Assembly (NCBI GenBank): GCA_963740085.1
Contig: CAVUCU010000005.1
Coordinates: 288,001 to 352,000, forward strand
Source: Nitrospirota bacterium
Lineage (GTDB): Bacteria > Nitrospirota > UBA9217
Direction of reading: 5' to 3'
Length of the DNA stretch: 64,000 nt
Within the stretch, counting starts at the first letter, position 1. Each line of letters starts with the position of its first letter. This document shows positions 1 through 12,421 of this stretch, one piece after another. A program made the translations under genes and the position numbers. Under the pieces are notes generated by a model. That model made no database searches and was not told where the DNA came from. It saw only the letters and a list, made by a program, of their open reading frames with translations.

Positions 1-61
1 CGACGGGGAACTCGCAGTCCACCACCGCGCCCATGACCTGTACTATTTTACCTGTGCTCAT
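1..61 (-). CDS. atpD: ATP synthase F1 beta subunit, N-terminus (runs off window)
   Basis: Manual translation MSTGKIVQVMGAVVDCEFPV; directly downstream of atpG. Confidence 0.9.
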   Translation of the reverse strand, partial: MSTGKIVQVMGAVVDCEFPV

Positions 62-95
62 TGATATCCCCCTGTGCGGCATGAAGACCATGCCG

Positions 96-193
96 ATTGC
101 AAATTTTAAATTGGAAAGTGAAAATTGGAAAATGAGCTGGAGGTTCTTAATCGAAATCTAAAATTTCCAATTTCCAATCTTCAATTTCCAATA
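96..193. repeat. Heptamer-periodic inverted-repeat element (AT-rich, TTGGAAA/TTTCCAA type)
   Basis: Left arm attgcaa-attttaa-attggaa-agtgaaa-attggaa; right arm atttcca-atttcca-atcttca-atttcca is its reverse complement. Confidence 0.8.
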
Positions 194-199
194 AGTCTT

Positions 200-1066
200 T
201 TATTTCAGCGCTTCCGCCCCGCCGACGATCTCGGATATTTCCTTGGTGATCGCGGCCTGGCGCTGTTTATTGAACTTGAGCGTGAGCCGTTCGATCATGT
301 CCTTGGCGTTCCGCGTGGCGGAATCCATGGCCGTCATCCTCGATCCCATCTCGCTCGCCTGGCTCTCGAGCATAGCACGGTATACCTGCACCTCAACATG
401 CTTCTGCAGAATGGAGCCCAGGATCGCCTCTGCCGACGGCTCATAGAGATAATCGACAGCAGCCATGAACGGGTCCGGTTCGGTCGGCGGCTCCACCGGC
501 AGAAGCTTCTCGAGGGTGACCTTCTGCTGCATCACGCTCTTGAACTCGTTGTAGAGCAGGTACACCTCATCGGTCTCGCCTGCGGCAAAACGTTCGACAA
601 CGTTTTTGCCGACATCGGCCGCTTTTTCATAATCGATCATGCCGAGCTCCGACCATACCTTGCCCAGGGTATACACGGAACGCTTGCGGAAGAAGTCGCG
701 GCCCTTGCGGCCCACGACATTCACCTTTACGTCTTTGCCCTCGGCCTTGAGCTGCTTGACGGCCTCGACAGCCTTGCGCAGGATATTGGTATTGTACGCA
801 CCGCACAGACCCCGGTCCGATGTCAGTACGAGCAGCTTCACCTGCTTGGGCTCGCGCTTTGCCAGGAGCGGATGCTGTGCCCGCTCCACACGGGCCGCAA
901 GGTTCGCGATCACGGCAAACATCTTTCGCGCATATGGCCTCGCCGAGATCACGCGGTCCTGTGCGCGGCGAAGCTTTGCAGCCGCAACCATCTTCATGGC
1001 CTTGGTGATCTGCTGGGTCTTCTTGACGCTCGTTATCTTTCTCTTGATGTCTCGTAAGCTGGGCAT
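200..1066 (-). CDS. atpG: ATP synthase F1 gamma subunit
   Basis: ITKAMKMVAAAK, SDRGLCG, RQAAITKEISEIVGGA motifs. Confidence 0.98.
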   Translation of the reverse strand: MPSLRDIKRKITSVKKTQQITKAMKMVAAAKLRRAQDRVISARPYARKMFAVIANLAARVERAQHPLLAKREPKQVKLLVLTSDRGLCGAYNTNILRKAVEAVKQLKAEGKDVKVNVVGRKGRDFFRKRSVYTLGKVWSELGMIDYEKAADVGKNVVERFAAGETDEVYLLYNEFKSVMQQKVTLEKLLPVEPPTEPDPFMAAVDYLYEPSAEAILGSILQKHVEVQVYRAMLESQASEMGSRMTAMDSATRNAKDMIERLTLKFNKQRQAAITKEISEIVGGAEALK

Positions 1067-1079
1067 TGGATCCCTTCAA

Positions 1080-1169
1080 CTGCAAAATGCAAAGGTTAAA
1101 ATGCAAAGTGCAAAATGAACGGCTTTTACTTTCGCCTTTTGAAATTTGCAATTTTCATTTTGCATTTCA
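1080..1169. repeat. Heptamer-periodic inverted-repeat element (TGCAAAA/TTTTGCA type)
   Basis: tgcaaaa-tgcaaag-gttaaaa-tgcaaag-tgcaaaa ... ttttgaa-atttgca-attttca-ttttgca. Confidence 0.8.
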
Positions 1170-1172
1170 CGG

Positions 1173-2684
<1,512 letters not shown>

Positions 2685-2700
2685 TTACACCTCGTGAAAT

Positions 2701-2782
2701 TCAGGAGCCAGGAGCCAGAAGACAGGGGTCAGAAGATAATCGCTTACCCTTCTGGCTCCTGACTCCTGATTCCTGTCCCCTG
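2701..2782. repeat. Heptamer-periodic inverted-repeat element (CAGGAGY/RCTCCTG type)
   Basis: caggagc-caggagc-cagaaga-caggggt-cagaag ... cttctg-gctcctg-actcctg-attcctg-tcccctg. Confidence 0.85.
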
Positions 2783-2787
2783 TTTTA

Positions 2788-3324
2788 TTAGTTCAGCAAC
2801 TGATTCCGCATTTTTGTGAGCTGATTCTTGATGGTCCCGTCGTAGACCGTGCTTCCGATCTGCGCCTTGGCTCCGCCGATGAGAGAGGCATCAACGTTCG
2901 CGTCGATGTCCACCTGTTTGCCGGTGAGTGCCTCGAGTTCTTTCTTGATCTCCGCCAGATCGGCCGGGCTTACAGCGGCGGCCGTGGTCAGTTGCGCCAT
3001 GGCGCGATTTGTGCGCTCGGCCAGAATCTCCTGAAACGCCTCGTAAATGTCCCTGACATATCTGATCCTGCCGGTATCCGCCAGGTGCTCCACGAACCGC
3101 TGGGTGGTCGGCTGCATACCGAGCCTGGCCGCCAGTTCCTTGATAACGGCCTTCTTGTTCTCGGGAGTGAAAACGGGGCTTGCAAAAAGCTTCTGCAGTG
3201 CGGGCAGCGCATCCACGGCGCTCGTAAATTCGGCAAGCTCGGCCTTGGTCTTGTCGACGGTATTCTTATTCTCGGCAAGCTGCACGAGGGCCTTGGCATA
3301 TCGCTTCGCAATGATCCGAATCAA
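2788..3324 (-). CDS. atpH: ATP synthase delta subunit
   Basis: IAKRYAKAL N-terminus, LIGG...GSTVYDGTIKNQL C-terminus, operon position. Confidence 0.95.
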   Translation of the reverse strand: MIRIIAKRYAKALVQLAENKNTVDKTKAELAEFTSAVDALPALQKLFASPVFTPENKKAVIKELAARLGMQPTTQRFVEHLADTGRIRYVRDIYEAFQEILAERTNRAMAQLTTAAAVSPADLAEIKKELEALTGKQVDIDANVDASLIGGAKAQIGSTVYDGTIKNQLTKMRNQLLN

Positions 3325-3935
3325 GCCTGGCCTCCCACTCTGGTGATGTATTCCTTCACGATGCGTTCATGGTCCTGGCTGTTGATCTTCTGTTTGATCC
3401 TGCCTTCCGCAAGATCAAGGGCAAGGAGCGCCGCCTCGGCCACAAGCGCGGTTTTTGCCTTATGAAGCTCACTATCAATGCCCTGTTTTACCTGGGCCTG
3501 AACGTCCTCTGCGACCTTCCTGCCTTCCTCAACGAGCGCCTTCTTGTCCTTCTCGCCCCGGGCCTGGGCATCGGCGACCATCCTGCCGGTCTCCGCCTCC
3601 ATCTCCTTGATCTTTCGCTCAAGGTCCGCGAGGGCGGCCACGGCGCGTTCCCGAGCCTCGTTTGAGTCCTGCATGGCCTTAGCGATCTCGGCTGTCCGGT
3701 TCGCAAAAAAATCCCGAATCGGCTTCCTTGAGAAATAGACGACAACCGACGCAATGATCGCGAAATTGACCAGTCTGGGCAGCCAGTCGCCCATGAAGGT
3801 TATTTCTTCATGGCTACCATGGACCGCCGCTTCCTCGGCAAAAGCAAATGCCGCGAACACTAAGTTCCCCGCCAGGCAGTATGCCAACCCTGTTATTTTT
3901 TTTAGGCTTTTCATGGTTTGCTTTTTCTCTATCAC
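3321..3935 (-). CDS. atpF: ATP synthase Fo subunit b
   Basis: RLVNFAII TM helix followed by coiled coil; operon position. Confidence 0.9.
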   Translation of the reverse strand: MIEKKQTMKSLKKITGLAYCLAGNLVFAAFAFAEEAAVHGSHEEITFMGDWLPRLVNFAIIASVVVYFSRKPIRDFFANRTAEIAKAMQDSNEARERAVAALADLERKIKEMEAETGRMVADAQARGEKDKKALVEEGRKVAEDVQAQVKQGIDSELHKAKTALVAEAALLALDLAEGRIKQKINSQDHERIVKEYITRVGGQA

Positions 3936-3947
3936 TCCGAACTGTTT

Positions 3948-4373
3948 CTAAACCGCCCTTCCGAGCAGCTTGGTGGTGATTTCCTGCGACAAGCGCTCAG
4001 CCTCTTGCTTAAGATCGGTCCGGGCCGCCGTAGAAGCCGCCATGATCTCACCACGCGCCTTATCCAGCATTTCACCCGCTTTGGCGCGTTCTGCGGAAAT
4101 CATATCGCGCTGGGCATCGAGGCCCTGCTGGTAAATAGCGTTATACGTAAGCACGGCCTTTTGCTTGGCCTCGGCCAGGGAGGTATTATACTTCTCCAGG
4201 ATGTTCTCCATGCGCTCCTGCGCGGCCTTTGCATCTTCCAGGGCGGAACTGATGCCCTGCTCGCGATCCAGCATGACCTTCCTGATGGGCTTGAAGAGGA
4301 TGAAATTAAGCACAATAAGCAGCACAATGAAGTTGACGAGCTGCCAAAGGAGTGTGATATCAATATCTATCAT
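3948..4373 (-). CDS. ATP synthase Fo subunit b'
   Basis: TLLWQLVNFIVLLIVLNFILFKPI TM helix plus coiled coil; first gene of the operon. Confidence 0.9.
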   Translation of the reverse strand: MIDIDITLLWQLVNFIVLLIVLNFILFKPIRKVMLDREQGISSALEDAKAAQERMENILEKYNTSLAEAKQKAVLTYNAIYQQGLDAQRDMISAERAKAGEMLDKARGEIMAASTAARTDLKQEAERLSQEITTKLLGRAV

Positions 4374-4434
4374 AAGTGCGGGAGCCTCTTTTGTTCAGAA
4401 GAGAAAAGGAGAATTCACTTCCTGAAGTTTAAAA

Positions 4435-4463
4435 AAATTATCACAACGTCCGGCTATTGTCAA
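4435..4463 (-). promoter_or_regulatory. Putative sigma70 promoter of the atp operon
   Basis: Minus strand TTGACA-17 nt-TAATTT with TG just upstream of the -10. Confidence 0.55.
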
Positions 4464-4684
4464 GAATTTTGCCTATTAATAATATAAATGAGTGCCGGGT
4501 TTTTGATTATAGAATAACGGGGAGGGAAAATGGGGGCGGGATGAGAGGCAATTGTCGGGTACCCCGCCTGCACCTTTCGAGGACCGCACCGATCATCCTG
4601 TGAAAATATGTTTCACGGCAGGATCTCACAAAGCGCTTTACTCGATACAGGCGCGGTGGTACAATAACAGTTCTCGCATCGCTT

Positions 4685-7483
4685 ATGGACAAGATCATTA
4701 TAAAAGGCTGCCGCCAGCATAATCTGAAGAACATCGACGTCGAGATCCCTCGTGACAAACTTGTGGTTATCACGGGCCTGTCGGGCTCTGGAAAATCGTC
4801 ACTCGCCTTCGACACCATCTATGCCGAGGGGCAGCGCCGTTACGTCGAGAGCCTCTCGGCCTACGCGCGCCAGTTCCTGGGCCAGATGGACAAGCCCGAT
4901 GTGGATTCCATCGACGGACTCTCTCCCGCCATCGCCATTGAACAGAAGACCACGAGCAAGAACCCCCGCTCCACGGTCGGTACCGTAACCGAGGTCTATG
5001 ACTATCTTCGCCTGCTCTTCGCGCGAATCGGCAAACCCTATTGCTATAAATGCGGCAGGGAGATCGCGGCCCAGACCGTGCAGCAGATCACCGATGCGGT
5101 CATGGCACTGTCTGAGGGCACGCGCATTCAGGTCCTGGCTCCGATCGTTCGCGGGCGCAAGGGAGAGTACCGGAAAGAGCTCATGGCCGCAGGAGCCTCG
5201 GGCTATGTGCGCGCACGGGTTGACGGTTCGATCAAAGAACTCGCCGAGCCCGTCCCGATGGACAAAAAAAAGAAACACGACATTGAGATCGTGATCGACC
5301 GTCTTGTAGTGAAACCCGGCATCGAACGCAGGCTCGCGGAAAGCGTCGAGACCGCCCTCCGCCAGGCCGAAGGCCTCGTGCTCATTAATCTGGTGGACCA
5401 GAAAAAGGACCAGCTCTACAGCGAAAAGCTCGCCTGCATCTTCGACAACATCAGTTATCCCGAGATCGCCCCCAACACCTTTTCCTTCAACAGCCCCCAG
5501 GGAGCCTGCCCCACCTGCGACGGCCTCGGCGGACTTCTGGAGTTCGACCCGGGGCTCATTATCCCGAATCCCAACCTTTCGCTCAGGGAAGGAGCCGTCA
5601 AGCCCTGGGCGAAGCGCACGTCGGTCTACCATTATGAAATGCTCCACAACCTTGCGGAAGCCTGCGGCTTCGATGTCAACACGCCGTTCAAGAACCTGAA
5701 GCCGTCGCAGCAGAAGATGCTGCTGTATGGCTACAGCGAGAGCGAGGCAAAGGCCCTGGCGACACGCAAGGGCGCGGTGTGCAAACCCTTCGAAGGCATT
5801 ATCGAAAGCCTGAAACGGCGGTATGATGAGACCGATTCCTACGCCATCCAGTGGGAAATGGAACAGTACATGAACTACCAGACCTGCCCGGACTGCGGCG
5901 GCAGCAGGCTGCGCAAGGAATCGCTGGCGATAAAGGTCGCCGGCTTGAACATCCACGACATCACGCGCATGAGCATCAAACAGGCGCTGGTGTTCTTCAA
6001 TGATCTTACGCTTACGGACAAGGAGACGGCCATTGCCCAGCGGATCTTGAAGGAGATCCGTGAACGCCTCGGGTTCATGATCCACGTAGGTCTGGATTAT
6101 CTCTCGCTGAGCCGGGGAGCGGCCACATTGTCGGGCGGTGAGGGCCAGCGCATCCGTCTTGCCACGCAGATCGGCTCGTCCCTCGTGGGTGTGCTTTATA
6201 TTCTGGATGAACCGAGCATTGGTCTGCACCAGCGGGATAACCGCAGACTTCTCGATACCCTGTTCCGGCTTCGCGACCTCGGCAATACCGTGCTCGTCGT
6301 GGAACACGACGAAGAGACCATCGGCGCGGCGGACCACGTGATCGACATGGGTCCGGGCGCCGGGGTGCACGGCGGCGAGATCGTGGCCCAGGGAACACCG
6401 CAAGAGATCCAGACGGTCGGGGCTTCGCTCACCGGCCAGTACCTCTCCGGCAAGGTCTTTATCAAGGTACCGTCCATCCGCAGAAAATCCACGAAAGCGA
6501 TCAGCGTTATCAACGCAGAGGAGAACAACCTCCAGGGCATAACCGTCCAGTTCCCCCTTGGCGTGTTCACCTGCGTGACCGGCGTTTCAGGCTCGGGCAA
6601 GAGTACGCTGGTAGTGGACATCCTGTACCGCGCCCTTGCCCAGCGCCTTTACCGGTCCACGGAGCGGGCGGGAAAGCACAAGGACATCAAGGGCCTCGAA
6701 CATGTCGACAAGGTGATCGACATCGACCAGTCGCCCATCGGCAGAACGCCGCGCTCGAACCCCGCCACCTACACCGGGGTGTTCGGCCCGGTCCGCGACC
6801 TCTTCACCCAGCTCCCGGAATCGCGCATGCGAGGGTACAAGGCCGGCCGCTACAGCTTCAACGTGAAGGGCGGCAGGTGCGAGGCCTGCGAGGGCGACGG
6901 TCTGATCAAGATCGAGATGCACTTCCTGCCCGACGTCTATGTGACCTGCGACGTGTGCCACGGCAGCCGTTACAATCGTGAAACGCTGGACATCCGGTAC
7001 AAGGGCAAGAACGTCGCCGAGGTGCTCGGCATGACCGTGGAGCAGGCCTACGATTTCTTCCAGAACGTGACGCCCGTCCGGTCCAAGCTCCAGGCCCTGC
7101 TGGATGTGGGCCTCGGCTATATCACCCTGGGACAATCGGCCACAACGCTCTCGGGCGGTGAATCACAGCGCGTCAAGCTCTCGAAGGAGCTCTCCCGCCG
7201 CGCAACGGGAAGGACACTGTACATCCTGGACGAACCGACGACCGGCCTGCACTTCGCTGACACGCAAAAGCTGCTCGATATGCTGAACCAGCTCGTGGAC
7301 GCGGGCAACACCGTGGTCGTGATCGAACACAACCTCGACGTGATCAAGACCGCGGACTGGATCATCGACCTCGGCCCCGAGGGCGGCGACCGGGGCGGCC
7401 GGATCGTGGCCCAGGGAACTCCCGAGGACGTGGTAGCGGTGCAGGAATCGTATACCGGTCAGTTTTTGAAAAGAATATTGTAA
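4685..7483 (+). CDS. uvrA: Excinuclease ABC subunit A
   Basis: GLSGSGKSS and GVSGSGKS Walker A, LSGGE signatures, zinc fingers. Confidence 0.99.
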   Translation: MDKIIIKGCRQHNLKNIDVEIPRDKLVVITGLSGSGKSSLAFDTIYAEGQRRYVESLSAYARQFLGQMDKPDVDSIDGLSPAIAIEQKTTSKNPRSTVGTVTEVYDYLRLLFARIGKPYCYKCGREIAAQTVQQITDAVMALSEGTRIQVLAPIVRGRKGEYRKELMAAGASGYVRARVDGSIKELAEPVPMDKKKKHDIEIVIDRLVVKPGIERRLAESVETALRQAEGLVLINLVDQKKDQLYSEKLACIFDNISYPEIAPNTFSFNSPQGACPTCDGLGGLLEFDPGLIIPNPNLSLREGAVKPWAKRTSVYHYEMLHNLAEACGFDVNTPFKNLKPSQQKMLLYGYSESEAKALATRKGAVCKPFEGIIESLKRRYDETDSYAIQWEMEQYMNYQTCPDCGGSRLRKESLAIKVAGLNIHDITRMSIKQALVFFNDLTLTDKETAIAQRILKEIRERLGFMIHVGLDYLSLSRGAATLSGGEGQRIRLATQIGSSLVGVLYILDEPSIGLHQRDNRRLLDTLFRLRDLGNTVLVVEHDEETIGAADHVIDMGPGAGVHGGEIVAQGTPQEIQTVGASLTGQYLSGKVFIKVPSIRRKSTKAISVINAEENNLQGITVQFPLGVFTCVTGVSGSGKSTLVVDILYRALAQRLYRSTERAGKHKDIKGLEHVDKVIDIDQSPIGRTPRSNPATYTGVFGPVRDLFTQLPESRMRGYKAGRYSFNVKGGRCEACEGDGLIKIEMHFLPDVYVTCDVCHGSRYNRETLDIRYKGKNVAEVLGMTVEQAYDFFQNVTPVRSKLQALLDVGLGYITLGQSATTLSGGESQRVKLSKELSRRATGRTLYILDEPTTGLHFADTQKLLDMLNQLVDAGNTVVVIEHNLDVIKTADWIIDLGPEGGDRGGRIVAQGTPEDVVAVQESYTGQFLKRIL

Positions 7484-7570
7484 ATTGCAGATTGCAAAGT
7501 GCAAAATGCATATTGTATAATCAAACAGAACCCACTTTGCATTTTTCATTTTGCATTTTGACTTTTGAAT
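7483..7570. repeat. Heptamer-periodic inverted-repeat element (TGCAAAA type)
   Basis: attgcag-attgcaa-agtgcaa-aatgcat ... tttgca-tttttca-ttttgca-ttttgac-ttttgaa; begins at the uvrA stop. Confidence 0.8.
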
Positions 7571-7586
7571 GTCTCCCGGAGGTCTT

Positions 7587-8060
7587 ATGATACGATCATT
7601 CATCCTTCTCGCCCTTGCGACGCTTCTCTGCACCACCTCCGCCTGCAGCGCAAAAAAACCACCCGAGCAGACGGCCATCAAAAGCAAGAACATCCTTACC
7701 GCGCTCAGGGACATCGACAAGGCATATGAGAAAAAAGACCTCTCCTCATTCATGGACAATGTGGCCCCCGGGTTTCAAGACCGGGATGCTCTTTCCAAAT
7801 CCCTTGCAGATGTTTTCCTGAAGAACGAAACCATCCGCTTCAACATCCAGTACACCAAGATGCTCATCGTGGTCGGGGAAAAGGGTCCGATCAAGGTAAC
7901 GTTCAACTGGGACGGGGAGTGGCTTGCCGTTGGAGGGACGACCCAGAAAAACGGCGGACGGGTAACGCTGATCTTTGATCCCGGAAGTTTCAAGATCGCG
8001 TCCATCGACGGGAAGAACCCCTTTGTGCCGCTGCCGGTGGTAATGCCGGGGAAACCGTAA
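7587..8060 (+). CDS. Putative lipoprotein, NTF2/SnoaL-like fold suspected
   Basis: GGAGG RBS, hydrophobic signal peptide ending TSAC, AYEKKDLSSFMDNVAPGF helix pattern. Confidence 0.65.
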   Translation: MIRSFILLALATLLCTTSACSAKKPPEQTAIKSKNILTALRDIDKAYEKKDLSSFMDNVAPGFQDRDALSKSLADVFLKNETIRFNIQYTKMLIVVGEKGPIKVTFNWDGEWLAVGGTTQKNGGRVTLIFDPGSFKIASIDGKNPFVPLPVVMPGKP

Positions 8061-8076
8061 TAGTTCGGAGCTCACC

Positions 8077-9654
8077 ATGCCCTTCACTGAAGAACACATA
8101 GAAACCGATTTCCTCATCATCGGCGGGGGTGTGGCCGGTCTCCGGGCAGCCATCGAACTGGCGCCGAACGGAGAGGTCCTTGTGGTGACCAAGGACGCGC
8201 CTACCGAGAGCAGCAGTGAATACGCCCAGGGCGGCGTCGCCGTGGCGCTCTCGGACGAGGATGAGATCTCGATCCACTTCGATGACACCATTCGGGCCGG
8301 CGACGGGCTCTGCCTTCGCAATGCCGTTCGCACGCTCGTTGAAGAGGGGCCCACGCGGATACGGGAGCTCATCCTCTGGGGCGCGGAATTCGACAAAGAA
8401 GGCACGAAGCTCGCGTTCACGCAGGAAGCTGCCCACACCAAGCGCCGCATCCTCCATGCACACGGTGACTCGACCGGCAAAGAGATCATGCGCGTACTGA
8501 TCGACAAGGTCCGCGCCACCAGCACGGTGTCAAAGATCGACTTCGCCTTCACCCGGGACCTGATCATAGAGAACGATCGCTGCGTCGGGGCCGTGGTCTG
8601 CCAGCAGGCACTGCACAAGGTCCTCATCATCTCCGCACGCGCGGTCCTGCTCGCTACGGGCGGGGCGGGCCAGCTGTTTGCGCGCACCACGAACCCTGCC
8701 GTGGCCACCGGCGACGGCATGGCCATGGCCTATCGGGCAGGCGCCAGTCTCATGGATATGGAGTTCGTTCAATTTCACCCCACCGCGCTCTTTCTCAAGG
8801 GAGCGCCCCAGTTCCTGCTTTCCGAGGCCATGCGCGGCGAAGGCGGCATGCTGAAGAACAGCCGGGGCCTGCGCTTTATGGACCGCTACAATTCAGCGCG
8901 CGAGCTTGCACCGCGCGATGTGGTCACCCGCGCCATTCAGTCCGAAATGGCTGCCACGGGGGCCGACAATGTATTTCTTGACATGACACATTTGAATGCC
9001 GCTTACGTGATCAGGCGTTTTCCCCGTATTTACCAGACCTGCAAAAAACTCGGCATCGACATAACGACGACGCCTGTCCCGGTATCGCCTGCGGCCCATT
9101 ATATCATGGGCGGGGTGAAGACCGACCTCTTTGGCGCCACGTCAATTCCTGGACTTTTTGCCGCCGGCGAAGCCGCTTGTACCGGTGTTCACGGCGCAAA
9201 CCGGCTCGCGAGCAATTCCCTGCTGGAAGGACTGGTCTACGGACATCGGGCGGGCCTTGGAGCGGCGCGGTACGCGCGAAAGCACGTCAACAGAGGCACC
9301 GGCAGGAAGCATGATGTGGTTCATGCGATACATAAGGTGCGCCCTTGTTCAGCTGCGCTACCGGATATCTCGGACATCCGCTCTTCTCTCAAGAAACTCA
9401 TGTGGGAGAAGGTGGGCATTGTACGCGTGAAAAAGGACCTGACCGCCGCGCTCAAGCAGCTCAAGGAATGGGACCGGACCATGAAGGAACATGCCCCCGA
9501 GAGGAACATATTCGAGATCAAGAACATGATCACGACCGCCCTGCTCATCACCCGCTCCGCGCTGCAACGGGAAGGCAGCGTGGGCGCGCACTTTCGAAGT
9601 GATTTTCCTACAAAGGGGAGAAGCTGGAGGAAGAGGACGGTATTAAAGAGGTAA
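8077..9654 (+). CDS. nadB: L-aspartate oxidase
   Basis: GGGVAGL FAD motif, SEYAQGG, QFHPT, HGANRLASNSLLE. Confidence 0.95.
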   Translation: MPFTEEHIETDFLIIGGGVAGLRAAIELAPNGEVLVVTKDAPTESSSEYAQGGVAVALSDEDEISIHFDDTIRAGDGLCLRNAVRTLVEEGPTRIRELILWGAEFDKEGTKLAFTQEAAHTKRRILHAHGDSTGKEIMRVLIDKVRATSTVSKIDFAFTRDLIIENDRCVGAVVCQQALHKVLIISARAVLLATGGAGQLFARTTNPAVATGDGMAMAYRAGASLMDMEFVQFHPTALFLKGAPQFLLSEAMRGEGGMLKNSRGLRFMDRYNSARELAPRDVVTRAIQSEMAATGADNVFLDMTHLNAAYVIRRFPRIYQTCKKLGIDITTTPVPVSPAAHYIMGGVKTDLFGATSIPGLFAAGEAACTGVHGANRLASNSLLEGLVYGHRAGLGAARYARKHVNRGTGRKHDVVHAIHKVRPCSAALPDISDIRSSLKKLMWEKVGIVRVKKDLTAALKQLKEWDRTMKEHAPERNIFEIKNMITTALLITRSALQREGSVGAHFRSDFPTKGRSWRKRTVLKR

Positions 9655-10020
9655 CTTGGCCACAAGTCACCTGCCATGGATCCGAATCGTCCTCCGAAAA
9701 AGATTGAATGTCTGGCCTGGCAGGAAGTCGCGTGACCCCGTCAGGGAATAACCTGCCCACTCCATCTCCCTCACGTACGCCCGATCCTCCTTCTTTGCTT
9801 TTCCTTCAAACCAGGTAACTCGTTCACCAACTAGCCGACGTCCCACCATAGCTGACAATCGGCAAAGCTACGTCAACAACAGCGTACCGTCCGTTATTCA
9901 CTTATAATCCGGAGGAACCGGTAAGGTAAAACACACTATTCGGGCGTTGGAGAAGGAGAAAGTGATAAAGCGGCAGTCGTTGTTCAGTGGACTAAGGCCT
10001 CACCGCCCTGGTTCTGGCGG

Positions 10021-10584
10021 TCAGTAGGGATAGCCGTAGGGCCATCCCCACGGGTCATACGGGAAAGGCGAACGATAGATGAAGGGATCGTAATAAGGGT
10101 AATAATAGGGATAATAATAGTTGGGCCTGTAGTATTCCTTTTGCTCGTCCCAGAGATAGATCTCCCTGATCTCGAACACCGGATACACGTACTCCATCTC
10201 ATCGATCTTGCCCTTGCGAACATCGACAAATTCTCCCGCCATCGTGATCTCCCGTCCCCTCTTATACACCATCGGGTCGAGAAGTCCTTTTGACTTCGGA
10301 TAGAAAGCAAGGAACCTGCCCTGCGTACGCTCTGATCCCCGAAGGTAGCCGAGCGAATCAACGGGCACTCTAAGCGCCTCGATCTGTGAACCCTTTTCTG
10401 AGAAACGTGTCTCCGCGATCAAGCCACCCAGGATGAAAAGCTTGCCCTTATATACATCGGGATCTTCCCTGAGCTGGTTAAAGGAGATATCGCGCGCGCC
10501 CTCCTTCATGACCTCGCGGGTCAGCACAGGTGAGCAGGCTGAAAGAACAAGCGCAACGGCACCTATCAAGAATATCCTTTTCAT
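10021..10584 (-). CDS. Slp family outer-membrane lipoprotein
   Basis: Lipobox LSAC, GGLI...GRFLA...LDP.Y..GR.IT..G pattern, Tyr/Pro-rich tail. Confidence 0.85.
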   Translation of the reverse strand: MKRIFLIGAVALVLSACSPVLTREVMKEGARDISFNQLREDPDVYKGKLFILGGLIAETRFSEKGSQIEALRVPVDSLGYLRGSERTQGRFLAFYPKSKGLLDPMVYKRGREITMAGEFVDVRKGKIDEMEYVYPVFEIREIYLWDEQKEYYRPNYYYPYYYPYYDPFIYRSPFPYDPWGWPYGYPY

Positions 10585-10696
10585 GTTTTAATTATGCCAC
10601 TCAAAGTGAAAATGTCAAGCCTCGTCGCGCATTATCAAATTGCATACCTTCACTTATCCATGCTATACTAATCTTAGCGACTGCTACGGAGGTTGT

Positions 10697-10960
10697 ATGC
10701 CACCGAAGAAAACAAAGATAACCCTTTACACTCTCAGCACTTGTTCGCACTGCCTGCGCACCAAGCGCTTCTTCAAGGAACAGGGGATCGAGACGGAGAT
10801 CATTGATGTGGACCTCCTGACCGGAGCGGAGCGTGAGCGCGTCATGACCGAAGTCCGGAAGCTTAACCCCGACTGCAGTTTTCCGACCATCTGCATCGAC
10901 GAAGATGTGATCGTCGGTTTCAACGAAGAAAAATTGCGCAAGATATTGAGCCTGAAATGA
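10697..10960 (+). CDS. Glutaredoxin-like protein
   Basis: LYTLSTCSHC (CxxC), SFPTI, IVGF; GGAGG RBS. Confidence 0.9.
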   Translation: MPPKKTKITLYTLSTCSHCLRTKRFFKEQGIETEIIDVDLLTGAERERVMTEVRKLNPDCSFPTICIDEDVIVGFNEEKLRKILSLK

Positions 10961-11289
10961 CCCCGGACAAACTTTACGATATCCTGTCTAAATATGCCGA
11001 GTCGCAGGGCATCCGTCTGAACAAGGATAAGCCTTTCGTTTTAGATATCCTGCAGGGCCTGCTCACGAACGAGGCCCGTTACGGCTACCGTTCTTGTCCC
11101 TGCCGGCTTGCCTGGGCTGTGAAGGAAAAGGACGCGGACATCGTTTGTCCCTGCGTATACCGGGATCCGGACGTCAAGGAATTTGGAAGCTGCTTTTGTG
11201 GACTCTATGTTTCGATAGACTGGAACGAAGAAAAGATCGAACATCGTCAGGTGCCGGAGAGAAGACCGAAAGAGAAAAGAGCTGCATAA
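10957..11289 (+). CDS. Ferredoxin:thioredoxin/glutaredoxin reductase catalytic subunit
   Basis: CPCR, CPC and CFC motifs; ATGA overlap with the glutaredoxin gene. Confidence 0.9.
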   Translation: MTPDKLYDILSKYAESQGIRLNKDKPFVLDILQGLLTNEARYGYRSCPCRLAWAVKEKDADIVCPCVYRDPDVKEFGSCFCGLYVSIDWNEEKIEHRQVPERRPKEKRAA

Positions 11290-11440
11290 AATCATTTCAC
11301 CGCAGAGGTCGCAAAGAACATCAGATACATTACAAGCAAATAAATCTTTTGCAGGGATTACAGGCTAATCTGATGGAGAAATCGTTCAGCTTGTCCATCC
11401 TGTTATCGTGTCAATAAATTATCGAAAGGTTGTCAGGAGA

Positions 11441-11833
11441 ATGAAGAAAAAAGAAAAGAGCAAAAAGAAACAGGACATGCCCGAGTTCCTTTTCAAGGAA
11501 TTCACTCCTGAAGAGGACAAGCTTTACGTGGAAGCGGTGAGCAAGTACCGCGAGGCCATCGAGGCGGGAAAGACCCTTCGCCAGGCATATGAAAGCTATT
11601 CGATATCCGACAAAGGTCTGGAGTCGCTGATCCACGCGGATTTTCTGAAGATCATGATCGCCGAGCGCCATTTTGAGCAGCGCCAGAGCCTTGAAGAGGT
11701 GGCCAGGGCCCTCGACGTATCTCCCGATCTTGTCAAGGACACCCACAAGCGAATGCTCCAGGAAGTCGGGGTAACGGCAGCCAACCAGTTCGGTCGTGAG
11801 TATGGTGATAGCATTCCGAAGACGAGCGATTAA
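11441..11833 (+). CDS. Hypothetical protein with possible C-terminal HTH
   Basis: AGGAGA RBS; SLEEVARALDVSPDLV helix-turn-helix-like segment. Confidence 0.7.
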   Translation: MKKKEKSKKKQDMPEFLFKEFTPEEDKLYVEAVSKYREAIEAGKTLRQAYESYSISDKGLESLIHADFLKIMIAERHFEQRQSLEEVARALDVSPDLVKDTHKRMLQEVGVTAANQFGREYGDSIPKTSD

Positions 11834-12241
11834 CCAATAGTCTTACCGCGACCGTGAGAATGCATAATAGACAGGTGTCTTTTCGTGGGACAGCCTATTT
11901 CTTTTCGTGATTTGTGATTGTGGTTCACTCCTGCCATTCCAGGCGTTTTCCCTCTCCGTGCTCTTCAGCAAATTACGCTTATTCATGGCGTCATCATGAT
12001 CCCCCTCATGATCGGGTTCCTGAAAGCCGGTCAAATCACAGTGCGCGAACACGAAACATCATAATGCCCGTTTCTTCTTTCCGGTCTCTCCTCCCACGCG
12101 GGATCAAAATAAATTCAATTGAGCCAGGGATGCACACGGATAAGGCCCTCTCGCGATGCATGGCGAGTTACGTCAAAATGGCCCGTGTGAATGGCCAATC
12201 AAGCAGGCGGAAATTGTCGCACGCGAAGAGGGGGTTTTTTT

Positions 12242-12421
12242 ATGCCCATTTCATTTGAGGCGGGTCAGTTTCACATAATCCTGAGGCAGCCGAAGCATCT
12301 CTACGGAATGGCATGGAAGCTCGCAGAAAGGCATGATGCGGAAGAGCGGCGCATCATGGAACCGAATAAGATTAAAACAGTCGATCTCGCCCAGATGACA
12401 CAACAGGACCGTCGATTTTAA
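12242..12421 (+). CDS. Possible small hypothetical protein
   Basis: GAGGGGG RBS-like motif and 59-aa ORF; no recognised family. Confidence 0.25.
   Translation: MPISFEAGQFHIILRQPKHLYGMAWKLAERHDAEERRIMEPNKIKTVDLAQMTQQDRRF

Noticed and set aside
3948-4685. atpB and atpE missing upstream of the two b-subunit genes
   Set aside because: Split atp operons with b and b' are ordinary in several phyla; not a defect.
9660-10020. About 360-bp gap between nadB and slp as a possible ncRNA or riboswitch
   Set aside because: No recognisable RNA family motif or convincing long stem; the small ORF lacks support.
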